DNA of 64,000 nucleotides from an uncultured delta proteobacterium (GTDB lineage Bacteria; Myxococcota; B64-G9): NCBI GenBank assembly GCA_963754925.1, contig CAVWHX010000004.1, positions 1,428,422 to 1,492,421 of the forward strand, read 5' to 3'. Shown piece by piece: positions 60,825 to 64,000 of this stretch (position 1 is its first letter; each line of letters starts with the position of its first letter). The notes under the pieces were generated by a model. It saw only the letters and a program-made list of their open reading frames with translations, ran no database searches and was not told where the DNA came from. The position numbers and the translations under genes were made by a program.

Positions 60825-61655
60825 TTAATTCGATATTAATTTGTCGCACGAAAGGATCGTTCTCGGCATGTTCTCAACGAGTATTACTGTCTGTCGTTCA
60901 TCCTCTTTAATGACACCTCCTTTGGCGTGATAGGTGCCGCCGATTGGGCACTCGCCAACTTTGGCATTGGGCGCCTTATCGGCAGCAACAAGTCGCAAAT
61001 ATTGTTTTGAAAGGTCCACCAGTTTTGAGATAGAGCTTTTCATCCTGTCCAGGATAAGTTGACCGTGGTTGCTAAGCCAGGATGAATCTCCTTCGAGCGA
61101 TCGCTCTTCTGATACCTCGACGAATCGATACACCGATTTTGTCGCCTTTGACCTTGATTCGTTCGCCTTCTCAATCTCAAGGATGCTTTGCAACCTGGCT
61201 TTGTCGTCACCGTACAGAAGACCGTAAAATCTCACCGTTGAGCCATTCAGATTCTTACAGCTTCCGCCGCATTCCTGAACTTGTTTATCGAAGGTCGCTT
61301 TCCACTCTACCGTAGCGATGGAGGTCAATTTACCAGCTACGTCTTTGTTTCCGGTTGTTCTTTTGTTTGCGGCAATTCCTGGCCCAGAACCTTCGATAGC
61401 CTGCGCTATGGCAAAATCATAATCCCGGTTGACCATGATGGGTTGATTGGCAAGCCATTCGCCACTGGTTAATAGATAATGATCATAACTTGAATCTTTT
61501 TTCGTTACCGATCCGCGGAGTTGGTCGAGCGGTTGGAAATTGGTTCGTATCGTTAGACAGTCACTAAAATAGTAGCCAAAAATAACGATAACACTAAGAA
61601 CTATTTTGTCTCGACGTAAAGATCTATTCCTTGAGGCATTAATAATATTGATCAT
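60825..61655 (-). CDS. Hypothetical protein (low-GC island; start uncertain)
   Basis: Long open frame with an N-terminal hydrophobic segment; no recognised motif. Confidence 0.55.
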   Translation of the reverse strand: MINIINASRNRSLRRDKIVLSVIVIFGYYFSDCLTIRTNFQPLDQLRGSVTKKDSSYDHYLLTSGEWLANQPIMVNRDYDFAIAQAIEGSGPGIAANKRTTGNKDVAGKLTSIATVEWKATFDKQVQECGGSCKNLNGSTVRFYGLLYGDDKARLQSILEIEKANESRSKATKSVYRFVEVSEERSLEGDSSWLSNHGQLILDRMKSSISKLVDLSKQYLRLVAADKAPNAKVGECPIGGTYHAKGGVIKEDERQTVILVENMPRTILSCDKLISN

Positions 61656-61790
61656 TCTACGATCTCGTTTGCCTGATATTATTCCCTTAGTATTATGCGC
61701 CCTATGAACAAACATTGATAATGGGGTTTAAAGGACGCTTACGCATTTGTCTAAAGTCACTATATGGGGACTGATGGGTACCTTGTAAGC

Positions 61791-63548
61791 CTACTGCAAC
61801 AAGAGATAAACGATTGGGACCAGCTCAGTGGCTATTTTGATCCCGAGTACAGCCGAATAAAGATTGGCGCCGTTAAAGGATCCCCAACCTGTCGCGTTGT
61901 CGTAGCCAGGATAAGCGTTGTAGTACCCGTTGTTGCCCGTCGTGACGTCGTGGAAACTAGACGCATACAACCTAGCGTTCTTCCCGATCGAGTAAAGCGT
62001 TGGGTTAGCAAAGCCAACACGGCCGCCCAAGCGCTTGCCAACGAGGCTCCAAAACGCAGCCCAAAGCGGCGCTGCGGCGCTGGTGCCGCCCTCGCTGAAC
62101 CACTGGCCGCCGGAGTACATGTAGTATCCCGGGGTCTGATCAGCATTCAACGCAACGTCTGGGACATTACGCTTACTGTTAGAGAACTGCGTGTCTTGCG
62201 GCGTAAAGCCGGTCTGGTACCAGGGAATCGACCAATAGATGCTGACGCCACCACCGGTTGCGTAGCCAGAGTCGTTCCAAACAGTTTCTGAGATGTAAGC
62301 CTGCCCTGACGACGTGGTCAGGGTCGTCCCTCCGACGCTGGTTACATACGGCTGCGACTCTGGGTCCTGCAACTGTGTACTCGACCCCGGACATTCATAA
62401 ACACCTTGGTTGTTAGAACCCAAGTCTCCAGACGCTACAAACACGGCCATTCCCTGAGCCACCATCTGGGTGAACGCAGTATTTTCTGCTTGCATGGTGG
62501 AGGAAATACCTACTGCCGTTTCGCATCCGTTAAACCAGGAGGCGCTAACTTGGCCGACCAGGTTGTCTTGGGCGATTTTGTTATATAGGTGCAGTACGTT
62601 TCCCCAATACGTATTCGGATTACCCGTATTATTCGGACCGGTGTAGATGTACATCGTGGTGGGGTTAGACACCGCCATCACCATCTCGATGTCGAGCATA
62701 ACTTCGGTTGCACCGGCGCTAGTGTTAGGACCTCCGTCCACCGATACCTGAATCAGTGTCGGGTTGTTGAGGTTAAACTTGGTTGCGTATGTGTTAGCGT
62801 CGTTGTAGTTGGCTGAGGAAAACTCCACCAACGCCACGGGTTGGCCACCATTCTGAATGCTGTTGAGGTTGTAAGCCGTCTTAATATCCGCAGGTGCGTA
62901 TGAACCGCTGCTGCCAGTGCCCGCACTTGTCGGCTCGGGAACTGGGCGGGCGCCGGGGCCCTTAACACGAATCAGCGGCTTCTGATTCAATCCCGCTGCG
63001 TTGCCACCGAGAGCCAATAGCAAGGAAGGTAACGACGGTTCGCGATCTGGCGCGAAATATTGCTTGCCGTCGCTGGTTTGACGCCAGTGCATCTGCGTCT
63101 TGAAGAGGCTTCGGATGGTTGCCACATTGCCAACCACGTCCAGTAACGTGCGGCCCGCCCATTCGCCGGTGATGGTAAGGTCTGATGCCACTGCGAACGA
63201 TTTCAGAGCGGCGTAGGAGGCTTCGGACGGCCCATACTTTGAATTGAATTCCGCTGAGCTAAGAAAATGACGGTAATTTGGACTTTCCGGGTCGTACATA
63301 TCTTTCAGCGCCTTATCCAACCCGTCGTTATCTTTCAGCGGAAGTGTCAGTGCAAAATTGACCAACTCCGAATCTTCCGCGATCCGCACTACTTGGTCGC
63401 CGCCTGCTGCAGGTGGACCAGCCGCCATGGCAGGCGCAATAACCACAGCACTACTTATTACCAAGAGAGCGCTAACCAAAGCTGTGCGCAAGACTGCCAG
63501 CGCCCTCGTTATCCGCACTTTCCTTCTGGCCTTTTCCGTGTATGTCAT
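61791..63548 (-). CDS. Secreted S53 (sedolisin/kumamolisin) peptidase with pro-domain
   Basis: Signal peptide, pro-domain (YDPESPNYRHFLS), catalytic EVMLD, ASGDLG, GGTSAAAP, FHDVTTGNN, YDNATGWGS; start may be 63578. Confidence 0.92.
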   Translation of the reverse strand: MTYTEKARRKVRITRALAVLRTALVSALLVISSAVVIAPAMAAGPPAAGGDQVVRIAEDSELVNFALTLPLKDNDGLDKALKDMYDPESPNYRHFLSSAEFNSKYGPSEASYAALKSFAVASDLTITGEWAGRTLLDVVGNVATIRSLFKTQMHWRQTSDGKQYFAPDREPSLPSLLLALGGNAAGLNQKPLIRVKGPGARPVPEPTSAGTGSSGSYAPADIKTAYNLNSIQNGGQPVALVEFSSANYNDANTYATKFNLNNPTLIQVSVDGGPNTSAGATEVMLDIEMVMAVSNPTTMYIYTGPNNTGNPNTYWGNVLHLYNKIAQDNLVGQVSASWFNGCETAVGISSTMQAENTAFTQMVAQGMAVFVASGDLGSNNQGVYECPGSSTQLQDPESQPYVTSVGGTTLTTSSGQAYISETVWNDSGYATGGGVSIYWSIPWYQTGFTPQDTQFSNSKRNVPDVALNADQTPGYYMYSGGQWFSEGGTSAAAPLWAAFWSLVGKRLGGRVGFANPTLYSIGKNARLYASSFHDVTTGNNGYYNAYPGYDNATGWGSFNGANLYSAVLGIKIATELVPIVYLLLQ

Positions 63549-63744
63549 TGTCGTTAGCTTCTCTCCCTTAAATTTCATATTTGGCCTCCTATCTAAGTGA
63601 ATCAAACATGGAGCCTGAGTGATGGAGGTAAGATAATCATTAAGATTTCTCACCGTTATCAGCAATGACCCACGTCGCAACAAAGAGTTCGGCAACCTCC
63701 ATCGCTCGCGTAGTCTCTACTGATGGTCCCAAATTGTCTCCGAA

Positions 63745-64000
63745 TCAGATACAATTACCGGCGTTGCAAATCATGATAGAGGCTCCATAGCACCAGCTGC
63801 CGGCTCCGCCGCTATATTGTATGTAAACTTTTTGTTGGGAAAGATTTGCTGCCATAGCTATACTTAGTACTGTTTGAAGTTCAGGTATGGTCATATTGCT
63901 GTCCCCCACGACTGTATCAAAAATTACATATCCGTATGCACAACCATCAGGATTAGGAGATATTTGCACCCAAACACGGGGGTCTGTATTATTCCCCTGC
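63745..64000 (-). CDS. Small Cys-containing protein, partial (5' end beyond the window)
   Basis: Open to the window edge: QGNNTDPRVWVQISPNPDGCAYGYVIF...LQTVLSIAMAANLSQQKVYIQY...WCYGASIMICNAGNCI. Confidence 0.7.
   Translation of the reverse strand, partial: QGNNTDPRVWVQISPNPDGCAYGYVIFDTVVGDSNMTIPELQTVLSIAMAANLSQQKVYIQYSGGAGSWCYGASIMICNAGNCI

Overview
Bacterial chromosomal segment, GC-rich apart from a few AT-rich patches. It is most consistent with a Myxococcota/deltaproteobacterial organism: TIGR02266-like PilZ proteins, prkA-yeaH-spoVR, and a Myxococcus-type LexA box. About 11 otherwise well-conserved genes carry indels or in-frame stops, probably uncorrected long-read errors. Left to right: a His-rich peptide; a metal-uptake operon with a NikR-type box (two paralogous lipoproteins, TonB-dependent receptor, ECF S/T/A, methyltransferase); cysE; an NAD-reducing [NiFe] hydrogenase hoxFUYHW; CDF and MntP exporters; envelope/signalling genes (second TBDR, VKOR-DsbA, PilZ-AMIN, BRCT, V4R); rlmD-xseA-xseB-ispA; a radical SAM DNA-repair gene with an SOS-type box; a mazEF islet; yggS; tRNA-Leu-tig-clpP-clpX-lon; prkA-yeaH-spoVR; a diguanylate cyclase; a TPR/LolB-like pair; and a lower-GC island. 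The three most notable signals are: (1) a family of ~50-bp double-hairpin elements that appear inserted precisely into one another (triple nest at 25.4-25.6 kb) and into a shared target without target duplication; (2) a non-NikM ECF/TBDR importer under a NikR-type operator next to the hydrogenase; (3) an S53 protease beside a small protein with an AB5-toxin B-subunit-like pattern. All family assignments come from manual motif recognition; no searches were run.
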